Positions 1-8,558 of a stretch of 15,457 nucleotides of DNA are shown here, one piece after another. Each line of letters starts with the position of its first letter. Positions within the stretch are counted from its first letter, which is position 1. The notes beneath the pieces are model-generated. The model searched no databases and was not told the origin of the DNA. It saw only the letters and a list, made by a program, of their open reading frames with translations. The position numbers and the translations under genes are program-made. Source of the stretch: Chlamydiia bacterium (GTDB taxonomy: Bacteria > Chlamydiota > Chlamydiia > Chlamydiales > JBMOFD01). Location of the stretch: positions 1 to 15,457 of the forward strand of contig JBMOFD010000043.1 in NCBI GenBank assembly GCA_049314435.1. The letters run 5' to 3'.

Positions 1-430
1 CAATCACATCCTGACGTTGCGATTCCCATGCGAGTGGTCAACTAGCAACTTGGGTGATCTAATCGGCAAGCTGTTTGGTGATCGAGGGTATATCTCAAAG
101 GACCTCACTGAGGGGCTTCTAGCAAGAGGGCTCCACCTGATCACCAGGCTGCGATCCAATATGAAAAACAAGCTCATGGAGGTGTGCGACCGCCTCCTTC
201 TGCGAACCCGACGGCTCATCGAAAGCGTCTTCAACTGTCTCAAAAACAAAGCTCACTTAGAACACCACCGCCATCGGTCGGTCCCAAACTTCCTGGTCAA
301 CCTTTTCGGATCGCTTGCCGCCTACTCCCTTCATGGTAACAAGCCTTCCCTCAGACTCGAGCCTTACGAGGAGTCCCGCCTGGAAGCTGTCGCTTAGATC
401 GAAGAGTTCTTCTGATCCGAAGCTCGCGTT
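1..430 (+). mobile_element. IS982-family insertion sequence, right-hand part, with probable right terminal repeat at ~415-430
   Basis: Transposase stop at 397 is followed by ATCCGAAGCTCGCGTT (415-430), which resembles the ...CGAACTCACGTT-type ends I recall for IS982-family elements. The left end is not visible, so neither the IR nor a target duplication can be confirmed. Confidence 0.65.
17..397 (+). CDS. IS982-family DDE transposase, C-terminal portion (5' part missing, truncated or outside the window)
   Basis: Contains GKLFGDRGYIS (catalytic Asp region), LITRLRSNMKN, RRLIESVFNCLK (catalytic Glu region) and EHHRHRSVPNFLVNL..LAAY..KPSL, the typical IS982 C-terminal pattern. Recognisable similarity starts at about nt 55-60; the TTG at 17 is not a credible real start. 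Confidence 0.88.
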   Translation: MRFPCEWSTSNLGDLIGKLFGDRGYISKDLTEGLLARGLHLITRLRSNMKNKLMEVCDRLLLRTRRLIESVFNCLKNKAHLEHHRHRSVPNFLVNLFGSLAAYSLHGNKPSLRLEPYEESRLEAVA

Positions 431-464
431 AGTTCACAAAAATTGGGGCTTGCTGGCACCGGGA

Positions 465-1259
465 ATGACGTCGACGCAGGCTCTCCCAGTCGAAAGCCTA
501 CCCGCCCCTTTTCCGATGCTGACCAAGTTCATTCAAGCGGTATTTCGACTGCCGGCATGCGAAGTAACCTATCCAATCAAGGATCCCATCATTTCAAGTC
601 ATGCCGGCCAGATCAATGCCGTATTAGAAATTCCCCTGCGACATCATTCGGCGACCGTCACTTTGAAGGGGCCTCGATCGGGGAAGATGCTCACAGCCCA
701 AATTAAATTTGAGGGCAAAAACGAATTGGGCCGTTGGCAAGACATTCATCGCATCGCCCAACAAATTCCAAATTGGCACTTTGATGAGATCCGAAGTAAC
801 GATGATGGCACGGAGTTTGAGCTCGCAATAGAGAATCCCACAATGGGGGATCTACAGACACTCGCATCTGCCTTAGGTCACTGGGGAGCAATTTCATTCG
901 CCGGGCTCGGGCGGGATCTCGACAGAGCTCTTGAAGCCGCATGGAAAGGAAAACTAGACGAGCTCGCAGCCGCGAATCGGTGGGACGAGCAGGCGGCCAG
1001 GGAATGCCTCGCAAAGGCGGCCAACGCCTTCCTTGCCCCATGGAAAGAGGTTAATGGGAACTGGCCATCGGAGAAGGCCCTATCCTTTCTCTATGAAGGA
1101 AGGGATCAAATCCCTTTTGTTCCACACCCTAAGAGGGCTGAGCTATTAGCGCTCGCGGAGCCAGCCGGCCATCTGAATCCTACAATATGGGCCGCGGTCA
1201 TAAAGCAAGTACCGGAACACCCAGGCATTAGCGATGTGGCCAAAAATGGACGATCCTGA
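465..1259 (+). CDS. Hypothetical protein (~264 aa), no recognisable family
   Basis: Long open frame filling the space between the IS end and the convergent permease stop (1297). First ATG after the IS end is 465 (alternative 516). The track start at 315 lies inside the transposase. Confidence 0.7.
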   Translation: MTSTQALPVESLPAPFPMLTKFIQAVFRLPACEVTYPIKDPIISSHAGQINAVLEIPLRHHSATVTLKGPRSGKMLTAQIKFEGKNELGRWQDIHRIAQQIPNWHFDEIRSNDDGTEFELAIENPTMGDLQTLASALGHWGAISFAGLGRDLDRALEAAWKGKLDELAAANRWDEQAARECLAKAANAFLAPWKEVNGNWPSEKALSFLYEGRDQIPFVPHPKRAELLALAEPAGHLNPTIWAAVIKQVPEHPGISDVAKNGRS

Positions 1260-1296
1260 GCTTACGCCAGCGCCGCACCAATTCATCGGCCTCGCT

Positions 1297-2091
1297 TCAG
1301 CTCCCCACCGAATTGTAGTGTCGCACGCCGACCCGCCACAGAGCGCAGCAGGCTAGAAGGAAGATCCCCCCAGCAAAAGGCCCGACCAGACCGACCCATT
1401 GAGGGACCGCTTCCTGTTCGAGAATCGAGGCGAGGGGAAGGTAGCCCACGCAGCCCAGGGGGATCACAAACGTGAAGAGAAGGCGCATGGGTCGATCGTA
1501 GATACTCAATGGGAAGCGAGCCGCCTCCAGCCCGCCATAGGTGGCGATGTTGAAGATCTCCAACGACTCAGTGCTCCAGAAAGAGCAGGTCGCCTGGAGG
1601 ATCATGAGGCCATAGAAGAGGCAGCTCACTCCACAATAGCAGAGCAGGACGACAACTCCAGCCGTCGAGAGCCAGGAGAGGTGTAGGGCATCCATACTCC
1701 ATAGGAGCAAGAGGAGCGCCTGGATCCAACGTCCCACGCGCATGGGTTGGACTTCGCTGACGGCTACCTGCAGTAGAGTCCCTACTGGCCGTAGGAGCAT
1801 CCGATCAAACCCTCCATGCCGCACCAGGATCGAGAACTTATCAAAGCCACGGCTCAAGCACTCCGCTGTCGCAAAGCCCATGCTGATCACGGCATAAAGG
1901 AGGAGCACCTCTTCAAAGTTCCATCCCTTGATGGAGTGGAAGCGAGCAAAGAGCACCCCGATGCCCACTACTTCGATCACCGTAGAGAAGAAGTAGGCAA
2001 TGGTGAGGGTCCAGAAGGAGGCTTTGTATTGCAGCTTGGACCGAAAGGAGACGGCCGTAAGTCTGCCAACGAGCTTTAGAGTACGCAGCAT
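1297..2091 (-). CDS. ABC-2 family transporter permease (DUF990-type)
   Basis: 264 aa, about 6 hydrophobic segments; motifs IKGWNFEEVLLLY, GGFDRMLLRPV, ARFPLSIY..MRLLFTFVIP; ends GVRHYNSVGS; 3 nt from the upstream permease stop. Confidence 0.9.
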   Translation of the reverse strand: MLRTLKLVGRLTAVSFRSKLQYKASFWTLTIAYFFSTVIEVVGIGVLFARFHSIKGWNFEEVLLLYAVISMGFATAECLSRGFDKFSILVRHGGFDRMLLRPVGTLLQVAVSEVQPMRVGRWIQALLLLLWSMDALHLSWLSTAGVVVLLCYCGVSCLFYGLMILQATCSFWSTESLEIFNIATYGGLEAARFPLSIYDRPMRLLFTFVIPLGCVGYLPLASILEQEAVPQWVGLVGPFAGGIFLLACCALWRVGVRHYNSVGS

Positions 2092-2094
2092 AGG

Positions 2095-2883
2095 TCAGCC
2101 TCCCTGCATCTCAAGGCGATGCAGAGATCGGCTCATACAGAATCGACCCAGACCGATCAACAGGATGGCCCACACAATCTGGAAGACTAGCGCCCCGGAT
2201 GCTTCAGTGACCGGGATGACTCCGGTGTAGAGGCGTATGGGGATGTCTAGAACGGCGCGAAATGGCTGTAGATTCAAGAGGGGTTGGAGCGCATCAGGGA
2301 AAAGCGGTAGAGGGACGATCAAGCCGGAGAGTAGCATCGATAGGCTGGGCATGATCCGATCGATGCCTTCCCCAAGAGTTGTCCAGAAGAGGCTGATCAC
2401 CACCAGGGTAGTGATCGCTGCAGAGACTGCGACCGCTCCGACGAGGGACAGCCCGAACCAACAGGCTGCTTCCCAGGAGACCGGAGCCTCGAGTCCGAAG
2501 TAGAACCCCACCACAATGACGGGGGCTGCACGAAGCGCAACAGGGATGCAGCGCATGGCTAGGCAGCGAGTGAACCACAGCCAGTAGAGGTCGATCGGGC
2601 GTACGAGCTCATAAGCGACCTGTCCATCGCGCACCTGCGTCTCAAGCTCTTTGTCTAGATCCCATGGCACCAGCCGCAGGAAGGCTTGCCCGAGCCAGAC
2701 AAAGCCGATCGCTTGTGAGAGGGCAATGGGTGTCGAGGCGGTTCCCTGTGCAAAGAAGGCGGTCAAAATGGCCGTCTTGATGATCCCCCAGAACACCTGG
2801 GTGGCCATAGCCGAGATAGCTGCTGCGCGGTACTGCAGAAGTGCGACCGCCCGAGTCTTAAAAACTGCGGAGGCCCAGCTCAC
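2095..2883 (-). CDS. ABC-2 family transporter permease (DUF990-type)
   Basis: 262 aa membrane protein; LQYRA, VRDGQVAYELVRPIDLY, LSGLIVPLPLFP, C-terminal LEMQGG; GTG start overlaps the ATPase stop (GTGA, 2880-2883). Confidence 0.9.
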   Translation of the reverse strand: MSWASAVFKTRAVALLQYRAAAISAMATQVFWGIIKTAILTAFFAQGTASTPIALSQAIGFVWLGQAFLRLVPWDLDKELETQVRDGQVAYELVRPIDLYWLWFTRCLAMRCIPVALRAAPVIVVGFYFGLEAPVSWEAACWFGLSLVGAVAVSAAITTLVVISLFWTTLGEGIDRIMPSLSMLLSGLIVPLPLFPDALQPLLNLQPFRAVLDIPIRLYTGVIPVTEASGALVFQIVWAILLIGLGRFCMSRSLHRLEMQGG

Positions 2884-3863
2884 AGGTTGGCCTCACGATA
2901 AAGAGCTGCAATGATCTCTTCGATCGGCGGAGGCTGCACAACAAGATCTCGTACCGCATGCTTGGCGACAATGCGTGCGATCAGCTCGGGAGCCGAGATT
3001 TGCTCAGGGTTGAAGGTCAGCCAGACGCGATGGCCCTCTTGTCGAGTCGAGAGCACTGCGAGGTCCTCGATCAGCTCGCCCGCGTTGACCAGATCGACCA
3101 TAAGGCGCATCTCCGGAGCGATCTGCTTGCGGAGGCCGTCTAACGTGCCCTCATAAAAGATGCGACCCTCATTGAGAACGATGATGCGGTCGCAGAGAGC
3201 CTCGATGTCATCCATGTCATGGGTGGTGAGCATCACGGTCGTACGATGTTCCCGATTGAGCCTGCGGATGAAGTCTCGCACCGCCAACTTGCTGACGGCA
3301 TCCAGGCCGATCGTGGGCTCGTCAAGGAAGAGGATCTTCGGCGCATGGAGAAGGGCTGCAGCTAGGTCGCAGCGCATCCGCTGTCCAAGGCTCAGCTGCC
3401 GAACAGGAATATCGAGTAGCTTATGGAGAGAAAGCGCTTCGCAGAGCGAATCCAGCATCGTCTGGTAGGTTGCTGTGGGGATCCGGTAGATCTCCTTTAG
3501 CAGTTCAAAAGAGTCGATGACCGGCAGGTCCCACCAGAGCTGGGTCCTCTGACCAAAGACCACGCCTATCTGTGAGACTGTCTCGATGCGGTGCTCCCAG
3601 GGTGTCTTGCCAAAGACCTTCACCTGTCCCCCATCGGGCACCAGAATGCCCGACAGGATCTTGACCGTGGTGCTCTTTCCAGCGCCATTGGGTCCGATGT
3701 AGCCGACGATCTCGCCTTCGTGCACATCAAAGGAGATGCGATCCAGAGCTACCTTTGAGGTGTATTCCCTGGAAAACAGAGAGGATAGGTTGTTCCAGAA
3801 GCCTTTGGCTCTCTTGCGGATCTGGAACTCTTTGTGCAGGTCGCATACGGAGATGAGACTCAT
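2880..3863 (-). CDS. ABC transporter ATP-binding protein (ABC-2/DrrA-like exporter)
   Basis: Walker A GPNGAGKST, GVVFGQRTQLWWDLP, signature LSLGQRMR, Walker B ILFLDEPT, H-loop TTHD. Start moved to ATG 3863 (MSLISV), which has GAGAG upstream. Confidence 0.93.
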   Translation of the reverse strand: MSLISVCDLHKEFQIRKRAKGFWNNLSSLFSREYTSKVALDRISFDVHEGEIVGYIGPNGAGKSTTVKILSGILVPDGGQVKVFGKTPWEHRIETVSQIGVVFGQRTQLWWDLPVIDSFELLKEIYRIPTATYQTMLDSLCEALSLHKLLDIPVRQLSLGQRMRCDLAAALLHAPKILFLDEPTIGLDAVSKLAVRDFIRRLNREHRTTVMLTTHDMDDIEALCDRIIVLNEGRIFYEGTLDGLRKQIAPEMRLMVDLVNAGELIEDLAVLSTRQEGHRVWLTFNPEQISAPELIARIVAKHAVRDLVVQPPPIEEIIAALYREANL

Positions 3864-3967
3864 AGTTCTCTCAGGGAAAAAAGCGGGCGTACAGTTTGCT
3901 GTGCAGTGCAATCATCCACAAGTGGAATTTGCGAACAACTCGTGATCCATGTGGGATCGAAGATGCG

Positions 3968-5737
3968 CTAGGCCTCAGTGCCGCCCAGGTCATCTTTAAG
4001 GAACCCGCCAGTCTGGGCGGACCACATCTTGGCGAAGAGGGGGCAAGTCTCTAAGAGCTGCGCTCTAGTTCCGTCGGCTACGATGACACCTCCATCGAAG
4101 ACGAGGATGCGGTCAACGTGCTCCAGAGTGGAGAGTCGATGAGCAATGATGAGAGTCGTCCGGCCCTCTATCAGCTCATAGAGACTCTCCTGGAGCTCGG
4201 CTTCTGTGAGAGAGTCCATAGCGGAGGTGGCCTCATCCAGGATGAGGATGGGAGCTTTCTTGATGAACGCGCGAGCAATGGCGATGCGCTGTCGCTGCCC
4301 GCCAGAGAGCTTCACGCCCCGTTCGCCCACAACAGTGTCATACCCATGAGGCAGCTGGCGAACGAACTCATTACAGTGAGTTCTCGTGGCACACTCAACT
4401 ATCTGTGCATCTGATGCGTCAAGCTGTCCATAGCGGATGTTCTCCTTGATCGACCTGTGGAAGAGGTGGGGATCTTGGGGGATCACAGCGATCTGGCTGC
4501 GCAGTGAATCCAAAGAGACCTTCTCCAAGTCTTGTCCGTCGATCAGAATATGACCGCTTTGGGGAGAGTAGAAGCCAAGGATGAGATTGACGAACGTGCT
4601 CTTCCCGCTACCGGAGTAGCCCACCAGCCCAACCTTCTCGCCCGCCCCAATAGATACCGAAGTATTGAGGAAGAGGTTCTGTCCTTTATGGTGCTCAAAG
4701 TGGACCTCGCGGAAGTCGATGGTGCCGCGTTGTACCTGAAGAGTGAGCGTCCTATCGGGTTGAGGTTCTCTTTTGATGAGAAGATCGGTGGCATGTCGAC
4801 AAACGCCGAGATCCTGCCAGAATACAACGAGCGCGCTATCGAGCGTCCATATGCGCTCGCTGATGGTGGTGGCTAGAGTGAGAACTAATCCGAAATCGCC
4901 GACCGTGACATGGCCGCCTTGTTGAGCGAAGGCCAGAGAAAAAAAGAGACCGCCCATCAACACCAGGTAGCACGCCCCGAAGAAGATCTTGCCATTCAGT
5001 AGGAACCATTGCGACTTTTGGTCGCTGGTCACCCACTGAGCAAGTTGATCACCGAAATAACGAGATTCAAAACGACCTCGAACAAACAGCTTTACGACGA
5101 GGATGTTGGATAGGCTATCCACCACGTGTCCCAAAGCGCGGCTCAGCTTAGAAGAGGCTTGAGCCGAGTACTGTTTAGCTCTTTTGGCGATGAACGTGGA
5201 TCCGGCAGCGTAAACAAGGCTCCATATGAGCATGATCCAGCCAAGCGGTGGATAGACCCATGCAAGAGTTGTCACAGCTATGACCAACCCCACAACAATC
5301 GGAAGCACTTGTTGCAGAGGGAACTCGATCATAACGGGCAAGGTACGCATCAGGTTGTTCAGCTGATTGGAGAGCTCCCCGGTTAGATGATCCTGGAAAT
5401 AGCTGTAAGGAGCTTCTGCCAACGAGACAAAACCTTTCAGACCGATATCAGAGGCGATCCGAGGTGAGATCTGGAGATGAAGCCAGTCCCAGGTCCGCCA
5501 CACGATCTCGGTGACCAGCGAGGCAAGGAGATAGTAGACGATGGCGATCCATAGGGAATCGATCCAAGGCACTTCACCTGACACTGTTGCACGGTCCAGG
5601 ATCATCTTCACAATATAGGCAGAGAGGGAAAAGCTGATCCCCGTATATAGAGCGACGACGCACTGGATCAGCAGTTTGCCTTGGTAGGGCTTTGCGCTTG
5701 TCCACGCAAGCCGAAGAAGCGACACAGGAGTTGACAT
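3968..5737 (-). CDS. Fused TMD-NBD ABC exporter (ABCB/MdlB-like half transporter)
   Basis: N-terminal ~6-helix membrane domain, then GYSGSGKST, Q-loop IPQDP, LSGGQRQR, ILILDEATSA, AHRLST. No C39 peptidase domain visible. Start is ambiguous (ATG 5737, ATG 5758 or TTG 5800). Confidence 0.92.
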   Translation of the reverse strand: MSTPVSLLRLAWTSAKPYQGKLLIQCVVALYTGISFSLSAYIVKMILDRATVSGEVPWIDSLWIAIVYYLLASLVTEIVWRTWDWLHLQISPRIASDIGLKGFVSLAEAPYSYFQDHLTGELSNQLNNLMRTLPVMIEFPLQQVLPIVVGLVIAVTTLAWVYPPLGWIMLIWSLVYAAGSTFIAKRAKQYSAQASSKLSRALGHVVDSLSNILVVKLFVRGRFESRYFGDQLAQWVTSDQKSQWFLLNGKIFFGACYLVLMGGLFFSLAFAQQGGHVTVGDFGLVLTLATTISERIWTLDSALVVFWQDLGVCRHATDLLIKREPQPDRTLTLQVQRGTIDFREVHFEHHKGQNLFLNTSVSIGAGEKVGLVGYSGSGKSTFVNLILGFYSPQSGHILIDGQDLEKVSLDSLRSQIAVIPQDPHLFHRSIKENIRYGQLDASDAQIVECATRTHCNEFVRQLPHGYDTVVGERGVKLSGGQRQRIAIARAFIKKAPILILDEATSAMDSLTEAELQESLYELIEGRTTLIIAHRLSTLEHVDRILVFDGGVIVADGTRAQLLETCPLFAKMWSAQTGGFLKDDLGGTEA

Positions 5738-5814
5738 AGCCTTACAGCTTGGGATCATAGAGATCCCAATACCATGCGCCAGGGTGACTTGTTGTTTCAA
5801 GTGCCGAGCGGCGA

Positions 5815-7407
5815 CTACGGTGTCTGGAGCGTAGTGTTCGGGGAGGGGTCAGCTGCTTTGACAAGCTGCATCTCAGCTGGAAGGCCCTCACTAGTAGGTG
5901 ACCACCAGCCGCCGCCTAAGGACTGGAAGAGAGCGGCTACATCAGAGAGTTGCGTCCCTCGAGCTTGAGCTGCCGTGCTTAGGAGTTCTCGGTACTGTCG
6001 CTCTGAGTCCAAGACAGCGATCGCATTGACGCCGCCTAACTCAAACTGCTGCTGCGTGATCGTCCAGCTGGAACAGGCCTCTTTCTCAGCGGACTCGTAG
6101 CAGCGAAGTGTTTCGGAGCCATCACGGAGTGCCTGTAGACTGTCACCTACGTTCTTAAAGCCCTGTAGGATCGTATTGAAGTAGTTAGAGGATGATCCTT
6201 CATAGGCGGCAAGGGCTGCTTTGCGTTTGGCTACGAGCTCACCACCATGGAAGATAGGCTGAGCGAGCGCAGCTCCCAGGGTGAGTAGCGTGGTGTGCAG
6301 GGAGATGAGAGGAGCGGCATTCAGGCTAAAAGGCCCGAACCCGGCCGTCAGGCTAATCTGTGGGAACATATTCGCTGTGGCAACACCCACCTCAGCACAC
6401 GCCTTTCGCAGCTGAGCCTCAGCGGCGAGGATGTCAGGCCGTTGACGCACGAGGAGTGAGGGAATGCTCACGGGGATCTCGTTGGGAAGGGAGAAGTCGG
6501 CGAGGTGGAAGGAGGGGACTTCTTGGTCAGTCGGGAATTTCCCTAGGTAGACCGCGAGCTGGCTGTGGGTGGTTTCTAGATCATATTCAAGGGAGGGGAG
6601 CCGAGCACGCGTCTGCTCGAGCTGACTTCTTTGTCCCAGGAGATCCATCTCTGCAACACCTCCCAGGGGGCGTTGGCTCTCCATGATGACGAGGCGAGCT
6701 TCCTGGAGCGCGACGATCTTTCGGGTGGCTTCTAGCTGAGCTCGCAAGGCCGCCTCGGTGAAGGCGGTCGTGCTCACATTCGCAATGAGCGTAAGGCGAG
6801 CGGCCTTCAGCTCATAGTCCTGGTATTCGACGTCTTGACGAGCCGATTCAGCTTGGAGGCGGCTTCCACCAAAGAGGTCGAAGTTGTACGAGACCTGAAC
6901 CGATGTATTGAGGAGGTTATAGACGCTGGGCAGGCGGTGAATGGAGAACCCGGGAAAGGCAGCAGCAGCTTCCTTAGCTGCCAGGGGGCTATTCGGGCAG
7001 GGCTCAAAGAGGGTAGAGCCAAGGCAGGGGCGCCTTGTAGAAACGTTTCGTAGATTGTACTGATCAGCCGACGCATTCAGATCGAACTGAGGAATAAATA
7101 AGGTGCCGATCTTAGCACGGGTCTGCTCCTGCGCTTGACGCAGGGTGCTTTCGGCCGCTTTCAGAGTGGGGCTTCCTAGGAGGGCAGTCTGTATGGCCTG
7201 GTTCAGCTTGTCTGACCTGAATAGCTCCCACCACTGGCTGGGGATCTCAGCTCCATACTGAATGGCGGGTCCGATAGTACTTTCATCGCAGAGTGATTCT
7301 TGGGTGTAACTCTCGATGGGCAGGTCATCTGGACGGACGAATTTGGGATTGTTGACGCACCCAGCACAGAGCAGGCCTAAGAGGATCGAGAGATAGTTCG
7401 CTTTCAT
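5815..7407 (-). CDS. Efflux outer-membrane factor lipoprotein (NodT/OprM/TolC family)
   Basis: Start 7407 gives the lipoprotein signal MKANYLSILLGLLCAG-C; motifs WWELFRSDKLN, SYNFDLFG, PSLLVRQRPDILAAEAQL, ANMFPQISL, LFQSLGGGW. The track start at 7596 overlaps the upstream permease. Confidence 0.93.
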   Translation of the reverse strand: MKANYLSILLGLLCAGCVNNPKFVRPDDLPIESYTQESLCDESTIGPAIQYGAEIPSQWWELFRSDKLNQAIQTALLGSPTLKAAESTLRQAQEQTRAKIGTLFIPQFDLNASADQYNLRNVSTRRPCLGSTLFEPCPNSPLAAKEAAAAFPGFSIHRLPSVYNLLNTSVQVSYNFDLFGGSRLQAESARQDVEYQDYELKAARLTLIANVSTTAFTEAALRAQLEATRKIVALQEARLVIMESQRPLGGVAEMDLLGQRSQLEQTRARLPSLEYDLETTHSQLAVYLGKFPTDQEVPSFHLADFSLPNEIPVSIPSLLVRQRPDILAAEAQLRKACAEVGVATANMFPQISLTAGFGPFSLNAAPLISLHTTLLTLGAALAQPIFHGGELVAKRKAALAAYEGSSSNYFNTILQGFKNVGDSLQALRDGSETLRCYESAEKEACSSWTITQQQFELGGVNAIAVLDSERQYRELLSTAAQARGTQLSDVAALFQSLGGGWWSPTSEGLPAEMQLVKAADPSPNTTLQTP

Positions 7408-7418
7408 GATTCGTCTCG

Positions 7419-8558
7419 TCAATCCAAGGTTCGTCGGTAGAAGCGGATGCCTAAGATCAGCATGACCAGCGCAAAGACTAGGAGAGGCCACATGTTCGGC
7501 CACAGGTCGACATAGGTGGAGCCTTTGAGCATGATACCCCGGGCAATCCGCATGAAGTAGGTGAGGGGGATCACCGAGCCGATTCGCTGGGCCCACATCG
7601 GCATGCCTAAGAAGGGGAAGAGGAATCCAGAGAGCAGAATTGAGGGCAGCAGGGTGAAGATCGCCATCTGCATGGCTTGCATCTGGTTGTTCGCGAAAGA
7701 GGAGAGAGTGATGCCGATCATCAGGTTCCCCACGATGAACAGGAGAATCATAGCGAGAAGAATCGGCAGGCTTCCCACAAACGGGACGTGGAAGAGGAGC
7801 TTGGCCGACAGCATGATGATGCTGGCTTGGATGATCCCGATGAAGATATAGGGGACGATCTTCCCGCAGATCACCTCGAGCGGGGTGACCGGCATGGTGA
7901 GTAGGTTCTCCATCGTGCCGCGTTCACGCTCTCTTGTGATCGCGAGAGCCGTCATCATGATCAGCGTGAAGGTCAGCACAACCCCCATCAGCCCGGGGAC
8001 CACGTTGTAGCTTGTGAGCGCCTCAGGATTATAGAGGTCATGAGTGACGATGCTGTAGGGAGGGGCCTTGGGGATCATGTCCGCAAGAGGTCCACGAAAG
8101 TCCCTGGTCAGGATCGCCTGCACTAGATTCCCTAAGGAAGCCGTAGCACCGCCGGTGGCCATGGGATCGCTCGCATCGGCTTCGACCAGGATGGAGGGTT
8201 GCTCTCCGCGTAGCATCTTTCGCGTGAAATCCTCGGGGATGGTCACAACAAAAAGCGCCTCACCGTTCTTGAGGGATCTTGTTCCTCCAGCCTCGTCTTT
8301 GACATGGTCTAGGAACTGGAAATAGTCGGAGTTCTTCAGGCCCGAGATGAGACTACGAGTGAAGATGCTTGAATCAGCGGAGACCACAGCTGTGGGGAGG
8401 TATCTTGGATCGGTGTTCACCGCATACCCAAAGACCACGAGTTCGAGGATCGGGATCCCGATGATCATGGCAAAGGTCAGTCGATCGCGACGAAGTTGGA
8501 TCAGCTCCTTGATCACCATCGCTATCCAACGAGAAAAGGAAAAAGAGAAGCCGATCAT
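7419..8558 (-). CDS. ABC-2 type transporter permease (YbhR/YbhS/YhhJ-like)
   Basis: KELIQLRRDRLT, FGYAVNTD, large extracytoplasmic loop, YNP..VPGL, ITRERERGTMENLL, PSILLSGFLFP, PLTYF; ATGA overlap with the ATPase stop. Confidence 0.93.
   Translation of the reverse strand: MIGFSFSFSRWIAMVIKELIQLRRDRLTFAMIIGIPILELVVFGYAVNTDPRYLPTAVVSADSSIFTRSLISGLKNSDYFQFLDHVKDEAGGTRSLKNGEALFVVTIPEDFTRKMLRGEQPSILVEADASDPMATGGATASLGNLVQAILTRDFRGPLADMIPKAPPYSIVTHDLYNPEALTSYNVVPGLMGVVLTFTLIMMTALAITRERERGTMENLLTMPVTPLEVICGKIVPYIFIGIIQASIIMLSAKLLFHVPFVGSLPILLAMILLFIVGNLMIGITLSSFANNQMQAMQMAIFTLLPSILLSGFLFPFLGMPMWAQRIGSVIPLTYFMRIARGIMLKGSTYVDLWPNMWPLLVFALVMLILGIRFYRRTLD

Noticed and set aside
315..464. N-terminal extension of the ORFan overlapping the transposase, suggesting a frameshift fusion
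   Set aside because: The transposase ends normally at 397, there is no slippery site, and the extension reads as off-frame IS sequence.
3912..3920. TCATCCACA, one mismatch from the DnaA box TTATCCACA
   Set aside because: Single imperfect copy with no box cluster or AT-rich unwinding element.
7408..7596. Long N-terminal extensions in the ORF track (NodT from 7596; also azoR from 14429 and ATPase from 3911)
   Set aside because: Artefacts of longest-ORF calling; downstream starts give the lipoprotein signal or family N-terminus and remove the large overlaps for NodT and azoR.
8529..8550. Purine-rich low-complexity tract (FSFSFS at the permease N-terminus) as a phase-variation site
   Set aside because: Not a perfect repeat or long homopolymer, and the frame is intact.
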